Shown here in pieces: positions 12,117 to 26,300 of a stretch of DNA of 64,000 nt (its first letter is position 1; every line of letters starts with the position of its first letter). The notes under the pieces are model-generated. The model ran no database searches. It was not told the origin of the DNA and was given only the letters and a program-made list of their open reading frames with translations. The stretch covers positions 1,302,001-1,366,000 of the forward strand of contig NW_027361709.1 of the NCBI RefSeq assembly GCF_039654945.1, read 5' to 3'. Source of the DNA: Dendrobates tinctorius (Eukaryota). The position numbers and the translations under genes are program-made.

Positions 12117-15100
12117 TATATACTGTACCATGACTGTTAACCAACTGTAAAGCCAATGCAGCACCACTAGGGGGAGCCATCAAGCAGGGCACAATATAAA
12201 AGATGCTGCCATATTTGCAGGGGACAGCCCTATATACAGGCTTATAATGATCCAGAAGGTGTGCAGTCATATTTTATGGGCTTCTGGCGTGTAGATATAT
12301 CATGTATATACCAGGGTAGCACTATAATTCTGGGGTCCAATTATACCTATAGATCAGTGTCTCCCAAAGTCCAGTCCCCACGGACCCACGTGGCACGCCC
12401 CCAGGACCCCCCCATTACCACACAGATGGTGGAAGTATCATCAAGGCATCAGGAATTCTCTCACCTGTGCAACTCTACGGAAATCCCAAAAACATGACCC
12501 GCGGGGCCACAGATGAAGTGCCAAGTATACTGAAGTCCACCCATATACCGTGGGACTCCTATAATTCCTGGGTACAACTGTACCTATAGATGAAGTGCCA
12601 TGTATAATGAAGTCCACCCATACAGTGGGACTTTTATAATTCCTGGGTACAACCATACATATAGAGGATAGAATCCATATACACCGCATGTTACGTCTAT
12701 CGAATAGGCCAGGATGCCAACACAGGAACTACATAGGGGGGAAGTAATCTCCTCGCCATTTCCTTGGCTGTATCAACAATCCCCCCTGCAGCCCCCCTTC
12801 TCTCCCTGCCAGCTCTGTGTAACTGGATCCTTTCCCTCCTCCCTCAGGAATGCCTGTGTAATCACCCTCACCGTAATGGGTATCATGAAACCAACAGAAA
12901 AGGTGAAGGGGGCACATGGCTGGAAATCTCTTTGTAACTATAAGCAATGGCATCTCCTCAGTAATAACATATAGATAACTGTACCCCATACACTATACTG
13001 AATTATCGGATGTATCAGCAATGCATTATGTAAAATCTCTGTCGATCCGCCACACGTATTATACAAAATATATATATGCTGGCCGTGTATTACGATCGGC
13101 CATGTTCCAGAAGTATCTAGACAATGAAATATCGATATATCAGCCATGAATCCTACGGCAATATGTATATACCATCGTGTGTAATACCCTATGTCTCTGA
13201 TATATGATAATAATACATAAAGATAGTAATATTGGCATAAACATATATATATATAAATATATAAACCAAGCCCCATATATAGGATAGTTATAATACAAAA
13301 TGTATATCTGCCCAGTAGTATTTGTGATATATATCATACAGCAGAGTCAATACATCAGCCATAATAGTACAACAGCATCTATGTTGCATTGGGTAAGTTA
13401 TTTAAAACGTATCTATACAAGCGCCATGCACTGCAATGTGGTATCTATATATACCCTGCACTAAATTGCAGTATATACATACATGCCATGCATTATATCG
13501 AAGAATCACGTACATTCACCATGCACTACAGTACAAATACATACCTGCTATACCCTATATTGCAGTATCCATATATGACCGCCATGCACCAAATTACAGT
13601 ATCTATAAATGCCCCATGCACGATATTGCCGTATCTATATCTACACCATGCACCACCTTCCAGTACCTGTATATACACCATATAGCATTATGTATAACTG
13701 CTATGAATAATAGGGCAGTCATCCATGGCATACCAGCCATGCAGTACATATCTCCCAGGATATAAGGAACATATATATGCTGCATAGAGGATCAGATACT
13801 GCCGCAGTGCATGGTGTATAAGGCAAAAGCCTTCACATCCCCATAATGAGACCTGATAGCCAACATTATACTCCCTGAAGCAGCAGACAGGTCTCCTGTT
13901 GTCTTCCTTTGCCCGAATGCTTGTGTATGTGGAATGATGAGAGCAGTAGTTGTCTGCGGTCTTCTGTAATGTCCCCTTACACTTGTATCTTCAGGTGTGG
14001 GGGTCATCTTGCTTCTTGTTGTCCAGCATGTCTTGCTGTCCAGTCCTTCGGAGGTCAGAAAGGGGCTTCACTACCCCTGGTCAGTCCTTTTGTCTACATA
14101 ATCCCACCTCTACCTATGTCATATCCCCTTTACCTCCAGACCCCTACCCTTCATCTCATCTTACAGAAACCTCCCCCTGCTGTGCCTATGTCGTCACGCC
14201 CTCCCAGCCTCATGTCAGCCTCCACTTATCTCTTCGTTCCCATGTCCGGCTGATACTCTACGTATGTGCACCGGATTATTGGAAGAGCCGTAGTACAAGC
14301 AGCGCTCTGACACTGGTCCGTATGCACTGAGGCATTAGAAAAACTGTGCATCAAGCATTTTTGGGGAAAAAAAAATCAAATGGCTGCATTACAAGAAACT
14401 GAGATCGTTTAGCGTTTTGCACAGATTCCCGCGAGGTCCTTCTGCAATAGAGGTGAACGTTCCAGTCCCAGGGGCCGCGCGCCATTTATCAGTCCTCTGC
14501 ATCTTGGTGCAGCAATACCGCAGCGTCACGTTATCTCACATCTGTAAATCTCTGTAACCCGGGACTTTTTCACTGCCAGTCGCATGTATCGTGTGCCACT
14601 TGTACAGATCTTATACACGGAGATGTAGATTTTTATCCAGTCTGTGAGCCACAGCGTTATTTTATCTATATTGTTTTCAATAAAATGGATTCTGTCATCC
14701 CTTATAAAGTGACCGAGTCTGAATAGGGCAGAAAATGGTTATAACTGTGTCCTAATTAAAGGGAAGGTTTCCTTTAAGGCTAAGGTCACCCAGGTCAAAT
14801 GTGAAGCAAATTCTCCAGATATAAAATCAGCATTGGAGATGATATTTCAGCAAAATCCGTCCGTGCCCCGGAGAAAACCTGCAGATGTAACAATGAAACT
14901 GGTGAATTCTGGACATTTCCAGCAAAATCTGCCCGGCTTGTGCTACTACGGATTCTGCAGCGAACATGTCCCCAACGAGTGCGGATTATTGCAACGATGT
15001 CTGCAGCTGATAATTCACCCCAGTCCGTGCACAGACCCATTGACGAAGATGGGAAGAACCCTTTACGCTCATCTAACAGTTTATTTTAGATGGAAAATCC

Positions 15101-16329
15101 CTTTTTAAGGCCAAAGAAAAATTTCCCCGCCCCCCATATCCATTCAGCACTTTCTGTTTCAGTAGGGTAGAAGTCATGGCTGTCATTACCGGTCATACCG
15201 GAGTGCTCACCCAGCTTTCTATGAGTCCTGAGGAGCAGCACAGAGGATGTCAGCACCCAGCTTAACCATATTCCGGAAGGAGACATGTGGCAGATTTGCT
15301 GTTCAGGATCCTGGGAAAGCCGGGTTATTGCTGTACCTCAATCCTTTAGTGTGTTGAACATCTCTGCTTGCTGAGATTGGGGATATTCTCCATCGCTTCC
15401 CCCCCCCCAAAGGCTTAAAACACCGCCAACACTTGTCACAGCTGAGTGTTTGCCACACTTGTAGTAGCCTGTGTTAAAGGGGTTGTCTATTAAAAAGTTG
15501 CTTGTTCTAAAATATGAAACTAAGTCTTAATCACCTGCTGTTGCCCTCCTGGCCGGAGCATTGGCCGCTCTATGATCTGCTCCGGCCCTGGAAGCGATGG
15601 CGTCACCATACGGACAGCCAGGTGACCGCTGCCGTTTGTGATGGGCTGCAGCGATCCGGTGACTTGAGCTGGACGTTTTTCTGATGACGTGGAGTTCAAG
15701 TCGCCTGACCGCTGCAGCCAATCACTAGAACGGCTGCGTTGGATCCAGGAGCGGTGCATCGGCCGAGGATGACTTATTTTGGTATTTTTACTAATTCTAC
15801 CCGCCGGGTAACGAGCAGCTTTTCCCCCTTTTAATTGTTCATCATGTAAACTGAACGATACATTGTAGCAAACAATCAGAAGGCAGAGTTGTGCTGTGAA
15901 GTGTTTCGCTCACAGAGGATTGCCCGGCCGGATACAAATGTAACAATTTGTAATGGTTTAGTTTTTTTTTTTTTTATCCACTGGATTTAAACAAGAATGT
16001 TCACATCCACCGGCAGCAAGCGGAGATGTGGGAAATAATCAGGAATTGAAGCCCAGCCTAATTGAACTTTTTGTCCCATAGTGATTGGTTATTTACATGG
16101 GACTGCATCTCCAGGAGTATTGCGCACCTGTGCAGTCACAGATCGCCCCCTCCTGCCCGCACCGGAGGTTTTGCTGCACTTCCTGCTCTTCTGGTTGTAT
16201 AGCATTTTCGGGCCTCTTCCCTCTCCTTCCCCCACACAACTCGCTACGAGGAAGTTCTGGGCGTCTGACGATTTTCTGTTTTGCAGTAGATGACGTCTGC
16301 GCCAACAGGTGACTGACAGGAAGGAACGA

Positions 16330-16531
16330 GGGGATCCCTGCGTGATTTGGGGTTGTCCCCCATAGTGACGCCCCCCCGGTACATAAAGCAGAACTCCGGC
16401 TCCCGGGGCCAGACACGGCCATTGCTCACTGGGATTTGCCCTGACTGATTCTGCAAGCGGCCGGATATTAGGAAACCCTGCAGCTTTTGATTCCTGAACC
16501 TCTGAGGCACGTCCGGGAGCGGCAGCACCAA
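16330..16531 (+). promoter_or_regulatory. Putative IRAK2 promoter and non-coding exon 1 (donor CAA|GTAAGT at 16532)
   Basis: GC/CpG-enriched stretch ~0.8 kb upstream of the first coding exon, whose 5' side has an acceptor (ctgcag ending 17294). Strong donor; imperfect kB-like site GGGATTTGCC at 16431-16440. Confidence 0.5.
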
Positions 16532-17317
16532 GTAAGTAACGAGACGCCGTGTGTAAAATCTGTAACGGGTGATTCTCATCCCTGGGGATCTGTGAGGACG
16601 CTCCATGGGCGACGTTCACACTCACGTTTGTTCTTCTATTCTTTCTATTACTTTTTATGGGATTTTGTGTTCATACCAGGAGCTCCTCTTCTTCTTCTTC
16701 TTTTTTGCTTCTTTTTTTTCCTGATGAGGTTTTGAAATAAATAAATGATTGTGCAAAATAAAAAAAAAAAGTGCTTATAACTTCTTGGAATCAGATCCTG
16801 ATGGAATCTGCTCCAAACTAGGCTGTCAAGAACGGATCAGGAGCGACCTGCACCTGTGAGCTCAGGATGTGTTCTGCCTCCCACGCACCATCTTCATGGT
16901 CTCTGCTCACTGACACTTCAGGGGAACATTCCTGTTTTTTTCTTTATAAAAGCTAAAAAAAAACTCCCTAAAGCTGAGAGTTTGTTCTCTCAGTCTGGAC
17001 TTGGATTGGGGGATTTAGACTGATACAATTGTAGCAAAACCTCAGCTGTGAGAAGTCTTAGGTCTGTTTTAGCCTTTCACAGTAATCAGGAATGTTCTCA
17101 ATCACTGACGGAAAAAAGCTTAAAAAAAAAAATCCATCCACAAAGTGTATTGGAACGTTCCGAAACTTTCCATCATGAAAGGATTAAACTTTATTACAAA
17201 AATGGAAATTCCCTTTAACACATTGATGCCCGGTGTCCGTCCTGTCAGTCTCGGAGTTGTGCGTAAATCATGACACTATTTATTATTTCTGCAGGTAACA
17301 CAGGAGAAAAGACAATT

Positions 17318-20300
17318 ATGGCGCAGTCACTGAATGGCGGGAGTTCATCCCCCCTGATCATTGACGTCCCACCCAGAGTTCTGGACGACTTCTGCCGCTG
17401 TGTTGACAGCTTGAATGACTGGGAATGGATGCGGTTTGGTAAGAAAGATTCATTCCCTGCTGTTACATATAACAACGGATATAATTCACATGTAATGTAT
17501 GGAGTGCACCAGCAGAATAGTGAGTGCAGCTCTGGAGTATAATACAGGATGTAACTCAGGATCAGTAATGTAATGTATGCACACAGTGACTGCACCAGCA
17601 GAATAGTGAGTGCAGCTCTTGAGTATAATACAGGATGTAACTCAGGATCAGTAATGTAATGTAATGTACGTACACAGTGACTGAACCAGCAGAATAGTGA
17701 GTGCAGCTCTGGGGTATAATACAGGATGTAACTCAGGATCAGTAATGTAATGTATGTACACAGTGACTGCACTAGCAGAATAGTGAGTGCAGCTCTGGGG
17801 TATGATACAGGATGTAACTCGGGATCAGTAATGTAATGTATGTACACAGTGGCTGCACCAGCAGAATAGCGAGTGCAGCTCTGGAGTATAATACAGGATG
17901 TAACTCAGGATCAGTAATGTAATGTATGTACACAGTGAGTGCACCAGCAGAATAGTGAGTGCAGCTCTGGGGTATAATACAGGATGTAACTCAGGATCAG
18001 TAATGTAATGTATGTACACAGTGACTGCACTAGCAGAATAGTGAGTGCAGCTCTGGGGTATGATACAGGATGTAACTTGGGATCAGTAATGTAATGTACA
18101 GTGGGGAAAAAAAGTATTTAGTCAGTCAGCAATAGTGCAAGTTCCACCACTTAAAAAGATGAGCGACGTCTGTAATTTACATCATAAGTAGACCTCAACT
18201 ATGGGAGACAAACTGAGAAAAAAAAATCCAGAAAATCACATTGTCTGTTTTTTTTTTCATTTTATTTGCATATTATGGTGGAAAATAAGTATTTGGTCAG
18301 AAACAAAATTTCATCTCAATACTTTGTGATATATCCTTTGTTGGCAATGACAGAGGTCAAACGTTTTCTGTAAGTCTTCACAAGGTTGCCACACACTGTT
18401 GTTGGTATGTTGGCCCATTCCTCCATGCAGATCTCCTCTAGAGCAGTGATGTTTTTGGCTTTTCGCTTGGCAACACCGACTTTCAAATCCCTCCAAAGGT
18501 TTTCTATAGGGTTGAGATCTGGAGACTGGCTAGGCCACTCCAGGACCTTGAAATGCTTCTTACGAAGCCACTCCTTCGTTGCCCTGGCGGTGTGCTTTGG
18601 ATCATTGTCATGTTGAAAGACCCAGCCATGTTTCATCTTCAATGCCCTTGCTGATGGAAGGAGGTTTGCACTCAAAATCTCACGATACATGGCCCCATTC
18701 ATTCTTTCATGTACCCGGATCAGTCGTCCTGGCCCCTTTGCAGAGAAACAGCCCCAAAGCATGATGTTTCCACCACCATGCTTTACAGTAGGTATGGTGT
18801 TTGATGGATGCAACTCAGTATTCTTTTTCCTCCAAACACGACAAGTTGTGTTTCTACCAAACAGTTCCAGTTTGGTTTCATCAGACCATAGGACATTCTC
18901 CCAAAACTCCTCTGGATCATCCAAATGCTCTCTAGCAAACTTCAGACGGGACCGGACATGTACAGGCTTAAGCAGTGGGACACGTCTGGCACTGCAGGAT
19001 CTGAGTCCATGGTGGCGTAGTGTGTTACTTATGGTAGGCCTTGTTACATTGGTCCCAGCTCTCTGCAGTTCATTCACTAGGTCCCCCCGCGTGGTTCTGG
19101 GATTTTTGCTCACCGTTCTTGTGATCATTCTGACCCCACGGGGTGGGATTTTGCGTGGAGCACCAGATCGAGGGAGATTATCAGTGGTCTTGTATGTCTT
19201 CCATTTTCTAATTATTGCTCCCACAGTTGATTTCTTCACTCCAAGCTGGTTGGCTATTGCAGATTCAGTCTTCCCAGCCTGGTGCAGGGCTACAATTTTG
19301 TTTCTGGTGTCCTTTGACAGCTCTTTGGTCTTCACCATAGTGGAGTTTGGAGTCAGACTGTTTGAGGGTGTGCACCGGTGTCTTTTTATACTGATAACAA
19401 GTTTAAACAGGTGCCATTACTACAGGTAATGAGTGGAGGAAAGAGGAGACTCTTAAAGAAGAAGTTACAGGTCTGTGAGAGCCAGAAATCTTGATTGCTT
19501 GTTTCTGACCAAATACTTATTTTACACCATAATATGCAAATAAAATGAAAAAAAAACAGACAATGTGATTTTCTGGATTTTTTTTTCTCAGTTTGTCTCC
19601 CATAGTTGAGGTCTACCTATGATGTAAATTACAGACGCCTCTCATCTTTTTAAGTGGTGGAACTTGCACTATTGCTGACTGACTAAATACTTTTTTTCCC
19701 CACTGTATGTTCACAGTGACTGCACTAGCAGAATAGTGAGTGCAGCTCTGGGGTATGATACAGGATGTAACTCGGGATCAGTAATGTAATGTATGTACAC
19801 AGTGGCTGCACCAGCAGAATAGCGAGTGCAGCTCTGGAGTATAATACAGGATGTAACTCAGGATCAGTAATGTAATGTATGTACACAGCGACTGCACCAG
19901 CAGAATAGTGAGTGCAGCTCTGGGGTATAGTACAGGATGTAACTCAGGATCAGTAATGTAATGTATGTACACAGTGACTGCACGCGCAGAATAGTGAGCT
20001 CAGCTCAGGAGTATAATACAGGATGTAACTCAGGATCAGTAATGTAATGTATGTACACAGTGAGTGCACCAGCAGAATAGTGAGTGCAGCTCTGGAGTAT
20101 AATACAGGATGTAACTCAGGATCAGTAATGTAATGTATGTACACAGTGACTGCACCAGCAGAATAGTGAGTGCAGCTCTGGAGTATAATACAGGATGTAA
20201 CTCAGGATCAGTAATGTAATGTAATAGGATGTAACTCAGGATCAGTAATGTAATGTAATGTATGTACACAGTGACTGCACCAGCAGAATAGTGAGTGCAG

Positions 20301-23300
20301 CTCTGGAGTATAATACAGGATGTAACTCAGGATCAGTAGAGAATGAGTAAGGTAATGTACCATATATGATAAAAGTGGGTATATGATGAGTATATTCTGC
20401 ATGCTCGAATAATATGTTGGAGTGTCCGCGCTTACATGTCTCACGGCCGCAGCACATGTGGGTGAGGAGAATCTGACATGTTATTCGAGCACCCGAGCAT
20501 GGTTTGATAAAACATTATCCGAGCACATTCTCTCGTCACTAGTGACCACACAAAATATAGACACTTTGGGCATAATTTGGCCATTTTCCTTTAGGGGTGT
20601 ACTTACTTTTGTTGCCAGTGGTGTAGACATTAATGGCTGTGATGAGGTATTCACACTGTTATACGAGCCGTACTCCGACCACTGTACATTAAAATATCTA
20701 CAGAATGTCAGGGGTGTACTAACTTTAGTGACCTTCTGTAATTGCACAGTGATTCTCGGGGCCGTCACAGATCTGATTGTCAGGCTCAGTGTCAGTCTCT
20801 GTGATGTTCCGGTGATAATTTGTGGTTTCCGTTGTGATTAATGAGCCGCTGATCTCAACATCAATGTGTAAATCTCATTCAGCTTTGATCATAGAGGAAG
20901 GGCGTCCTGACAGCGGCCCCTGCACTCCCTCCACTGTGGCCCCGCCGCGGCTTGTGGGGTGATCTGTTACAGGGGCTGCACCGTGGTGGCGGGACAAGCG
21001 GGGGCCGCATACTGCGAGCCCCTTAATACTAGTGACAGACACAGCGGAATATGGACATGTGACAAGTTCTGCAGATTTGTATCATCCTTCGTTTCAATGT
21101 GTCACCGTGCGTCAGAGCCTGGGAACCTGTAATGACCTATTCATCGCACAGCTGAGGGTTTGTTACAGTTGTGTCCAGTCCAGACAATCCTCTGTGAGAT
21201 AAATATCTTGGACTCCAGACTGATACATTGTAACAAAACAGGAGAGGCACTTGTGATGTGGAGGATGCAATTGTGACAAACCTTCAGCTGTGACAAGTTT
21301 TCAGTACAGAAGGAAAAATCTACTAATAAATTAAATAAAACTTATCCCTTGGTTATTGTGTAATATCCTACGTATTTATACCTCCATGTCCTCTGGCAGT
21401 GAATGGGAGAAGGTTTTTACCCTCTGTATAGACATAATTCCATTCATTGACAGCAAGCGGAGACCTGTAAAATGTCTATTTTTTATTTTTTCTTCTTCAG
21501 CATCACATGTTGTGAACGACCAGACAACCATCCAGCGTTTCTACATGAGGCGGCGGTGGGGCGACTGTGTGACCGGGGAGCTGCTCTGGAGCTGGGGGCA
21601 GAAGCTGGCCACCGTCCACGACCTGGAGCTCATCCTGCAGAAGCTGGAGCTCTACCGGGCGTTAGAAATTCTCCAGCAGTGTAAGAGTTACTCTCTGCTG
21701 TGTCCAGTGGCAGCGCAAAGCCCCCGGGGTGTCACCCAGACCTCCATTGCCCCCCGGGATGGCATATCAAGCACTGATACAAAAATGGTGTCAGGTAAAG
21801 ACTGCAGGACGGTATAACACGGGCTGTGAGGAGAGAAGACAGGGAGGGAATCACTGTGTCATCCTCTGTGTTCTAGAACCCAAAGTACCACCACTCCCAT
21901 CACCACCACAACCCCCATCAGAGCTGCTGAGGTCCCTGGGGACAGACTCCTATTCAGACCCGGTGTCCAGCACAGATCAGGTATGTGAGAAACTGGTATA
22001 ACCTGGGCATCTCCTGTACAGAATTATATATGTACAGCCGGTATAACCTGGGCATCTCCTGTATATAATTATATATGTACAGCCGGTATAACCTGGGCAT
22101 CTCCTGTATATAATTATATATGTACAGCCGGTATAACCTGGGCATCTCCTCTACAGAATTATATATGTACAGCCGGTATAATCTAGGTCTCTCCTGTGTA
22201 TACCTGTACATGTGCCTCCGGTATAACCTGGGCTTCACTTGTGTATACCTGTACATGTGCCTCCGGTATAACCTGGGCTTCACTTGTGTACACCTGTACA
22301 TGTGCCTCCGGTATAACCTGGGCTTCTCCGGGATGTGTCCCTGTATGTGGTGATGTGGACCATGTAGCTGTACAGTAACTCTCTCCTCCGCCCGGAAGGG
22401 ATTGAGTTCTCCACAGCAGGAGATCAGCCTGTCCCTGAACACCACGTGTCAGCCCTGGACGAGGCGGCAGCTGGAGGAAGCTACGGACGGGTTCAGTGTG
22501 AACAGGAGGCTACACAGCGGACCGTTTGCTGATGTCTTTGTAGGATGCAGGGGAGACAATGTTTATGCTGTGAAGAGGCTGAAGGAGGTAATGCGTCATT
22601 CCAGGGGTCTGCTCCGGGGGGCTTTATATCCCTGGCAGGTGTCGGGTTGTGACCAGGTCATGTCTGCACTTTCTTTAGGGGCAGTCGGACAGAACGAAAA
22701 TCTTCTATGAAAAAGAGGCTGAGATCGGTTTTCGGTAAGAGAGGACCCCTCTGTCCCACCGCTTTCTATATCTGAAGCTTCATCTTGGCGGAAGGAAGAG
22801 TTCTGCAACTTCTGAGACACTTTGTGCTGCAATATATTATTATTGTCGACATCTCTGCTGCCTGTCAGTGAATAGAATAACAAGTCATAGAGACACGTAT
22901 GACGGGGTGTGTGAGACGTTTAAAATGCTGCACACGGGCAGCTGTAGCGCTGACCAATGCTGAGGTGTGAATACGCGTCTATATGTGATGCCGCAGGGGT
23001 TGGGGAAACGTCCAGTTATCTGCGTAACAGCAATTCACTTCTTTGGGGGATACAGACCAGAGTACCAGGGTCCGCTGAGCGGTCTCTATAGCCGTGGCGT
23101 CTCTGGCCGCCTCATAGAGCCAGGCATCCAGTATTCAATATCTCATTAATATTGCTCACAGCTGAGGGTTTGTTACAGTTGTATCCAGCCTGGACAGTCC
23201 TCTGAGCTGAGCAGCCTGTTCTCCAGATTGATACATTGTAACAAATTGTCGGGAGAGAGATTTGTGCTGCTGATGGGTTTATCTCACAGATGATTGTCCA

Positions 23301-26300
23301 GAATGGATGCAATTGTAACAAACCCTCAGCTGTGCAAAGTTAATTTACCCCATTAGTGTAATTGTGAGCGCTGCAGCTTTTCTGTCTCGTGTCTTGTACA
23401 GATGTCATCATCCCAATCTCCTGAAGTTGCTCGGCTTCTGTGTGGAGAGCGGACAGCACTGTCTCATCTACCGTCTCATGAATGAGGGATCTCTGGATGT
23501 CGCCTTACAGAAAGTGAGTCTCCTCAAGGAAGAAGTAACCCTCTTCTCCTCTATGGACGCTTAAAGACTTACTTTTCTATAGGTGACATGTAACAGGTAT
23601 ATAGGTACATACATAAATACATATACATTCATATACCCCACATCTACGTCAGGCGGATGTGATCAGAGCACAGTCCACCTCTCCTGTAGCCGATGGTTAT
23701 ACCATAGGTCAGTGATGGCGAACCTTTCTGAGACCGAGTGCCCAAACTGCAACCTAAAACCCAATTATTTGTGTCGAAGTGCCAACACGTGCCAAATGCC
23801 CCGTCATGATCCCCTTCATGCAGAAATGTCTCATCCTGATCCCTTTCCTGTAGAAATTGCCCATTCCACCACCTCCATCATTGCCCTCTCCCCATCACTC
23901 CCATCATTAGCCCTCTCCCCATCACTGGCCCTCTTCACACACACACTCACACACTTACCTCTCCATGCGCCTGCAGCTTCCTTCCTCTCACTTCCTCTCA
24001 CACATTGAGCGGCGCGGCTGGATGACATCATCATGCAGCTACGCTTCCTCGCCGCTCAATATGTGTGAGGAAGCTGCAACTCCGAACATTGAGGCGAGGC
24101 CGCGTGCCATCACTGCCATTGGTGATGGCAGCTCTGCCAGTGTCTGTGCAATCCCTGCATCTTTCATCTGTGCTCTTCCCCCAGTCCATGGAGTTACTGC
24201 CCGCTTCCTAGACTTTCCATTACAGGGTCATGTCCTTTTTCCTAAATTCTCAACATCTGGAGGCCTGGAAATATCTAAACTAGAATGTTTTCCATATAAA
24301 TACATGTTCCATTGTTTCACTCTTCACTACTAATATAAAAACTTTCATCATATACGTGTTATATTTTCATACATTATACTGTTATATCATGTATTATACT
24401 CCAGAGCTGCACTCACTATTCTGCTGGTGCAGTCACTGTGTACATACATTACATTACTGATCCTGAGTTACATCCTGTATTATACTCCAGAGCTGCACTC
24501 ACTATTCTGCTGGTGCAGTCACTGTGTACATACATTACATTACTGATCCTGAGTTACATCCTGTATTATACCCCAGAGCTGCACTCACTATTCTGCTGGT
24601 GCAGTCACTGTGTACATACATTACTGATCCTGAGTTACATCCTGTATTATACTCCAGAGCTGCACTCACTATTCTGCTGGTGCAGTCACTGTGTACATAC
24701 ATTACTGATCCCGAGTTACATCCTGTATTATACCCCAGAGCTGCACTCACTATTCTGCTGGTGCAGTCACTGTGTACATACATTACATTACTGATCCTGA
24801 GTCACATCCTGTATTATACTCCAGAGCCGCATTCACTATTCTGCTGGTGCAGTCACTGTGTACATACATTACTGATCCCGAGTTACATCCTGTATTATAC
24901 CCCAGAGCTGCACTCACTATTCTGCTGGTGCAGTCACTGTGTATATACATTACATTACTGATCCTGAGTCACATCCTGTATTATACCCCAGAGCTGCACT
25001 CACTATTCTGCTGATGCAGTCACTGTGTACATATATTACATTACTGATCCTGAGTTACATCCTGTATTATACTCCAGAGCTGCACTCACTATTCTGCTGA
25101 TGCAGTCACTGTGTACATATATTACATTACTGATCCTGAGTTACATCCTGTATTATACTCCAGAGCTGCACTCACTATTCTGCTGGTGCAGTCACTGTGT
25201 ACATACATTACTGATCCCGAGTTACATCCTGTATTATACCCCAGAGCTGCACTCACTATTCTGCTGGTGCAGTCACTGTGTATATACATTACATTACTGA
25301 TCCTGAGTCACATCCTGTATTATACCCCAGAGCTGCACTCACTATTCTGCTGATGCAGTCACTGTGTACATATATTACATTACTGATCCTGAGTTACATC
25401 CTGTATTATACCCCAGAGCTGCACTCACTATTCTGCTGGTGCAGTCACTGTGTACATACATTACATTACTGATCCTGAGTTACATCCTGTATTATACTCC
25501 AGAGCTGCACTCACTATTCTGCTGGTGCAGTCACTGTGTACATATATTACATTACTGATCCTGAGTTACATCCTGTATTATACTCCAGAGCTGCACTCAC
25601 TATTCTGCTGGTGCAGTCACTGTGTACATACATTACTGATCCTGAGTTACATCCTGTATTATTCTCCAGAGCTGCACTCACTATTGTACTGAGAATCTTC
25701 TGTGTATTTTTCAGGCTGGATCTGTCCTGGGCTGGGAGCGGCGGCTGGCTGTCACTGTAGGTCTGTTACATGGTGTCGGTCACTTGCATAGTGCTGGGAT
25801 TTTTCATGGAAACATTAAGAGGTGAGACATTTGGGGGAAATACATTGAGCCCTTTAAGACATAATTGCTCAAAAATGTTGCAACTTTTGGAGTTGTTTTC
25901 GAGTTCCAACAACCTAATATAACACACATACACTGGTGCCGGTGTTGTTCTTTCCCCGCCATGCGGGCGGTGGTCTCTGTATTAGGTCAGCGGACTTTGG
26001 CCGCCGGTGCCGCTCCGTCTTCTCACTTTACCTGCAGGATATCGCCGTGCTCACATCCGCCGCTGATGGTGGAGGTTTCCACATTTTCACTTCTTACATC
26101 CTGCGCCTCCATTATTGCTTCCTCATTTATGGTTCCTTTATGATTAACCCTTTCATGGTCAGTGTTATTGGAATCATGAGGGAAATCCCTGTACATATCA
26201 GACCACACCATTTCCCAAACTGCAAAATTCCCAAGCCCCCTCCAATTAGCATAGTCCGAGATTTCCATGCCTTTAAGACTGTGTTCACATGAGCCGTACT

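Larger units (their letters stand above)
17503..20337 (-). repeat. 86-bp tandem array in an IRAK2 intron, split by the Tc1 insertion
   Basis: Reverse complement of the 4430-6583 unit at ~17503-18098 and 19706-20337. Confidence 0.95.

Noticed and set aside
16330-16480. Cluster of NF-kB sites in the IRAK2 promoter
   Set aside because: All candidates deviate from GGGRNNYYCC; kept only as weak support for the promoter call.
18689-19429. 246-aa + strand ORF
   Set aside because: Antisense shadow of the Tc1 transposase.
21681-21707. 27-nt GT-AG micro-intron in IRAK2
   Set aside because: Below the usual vertebrate minimum intron size, and its translation aligns with coding sequence in the human protein as recalled.
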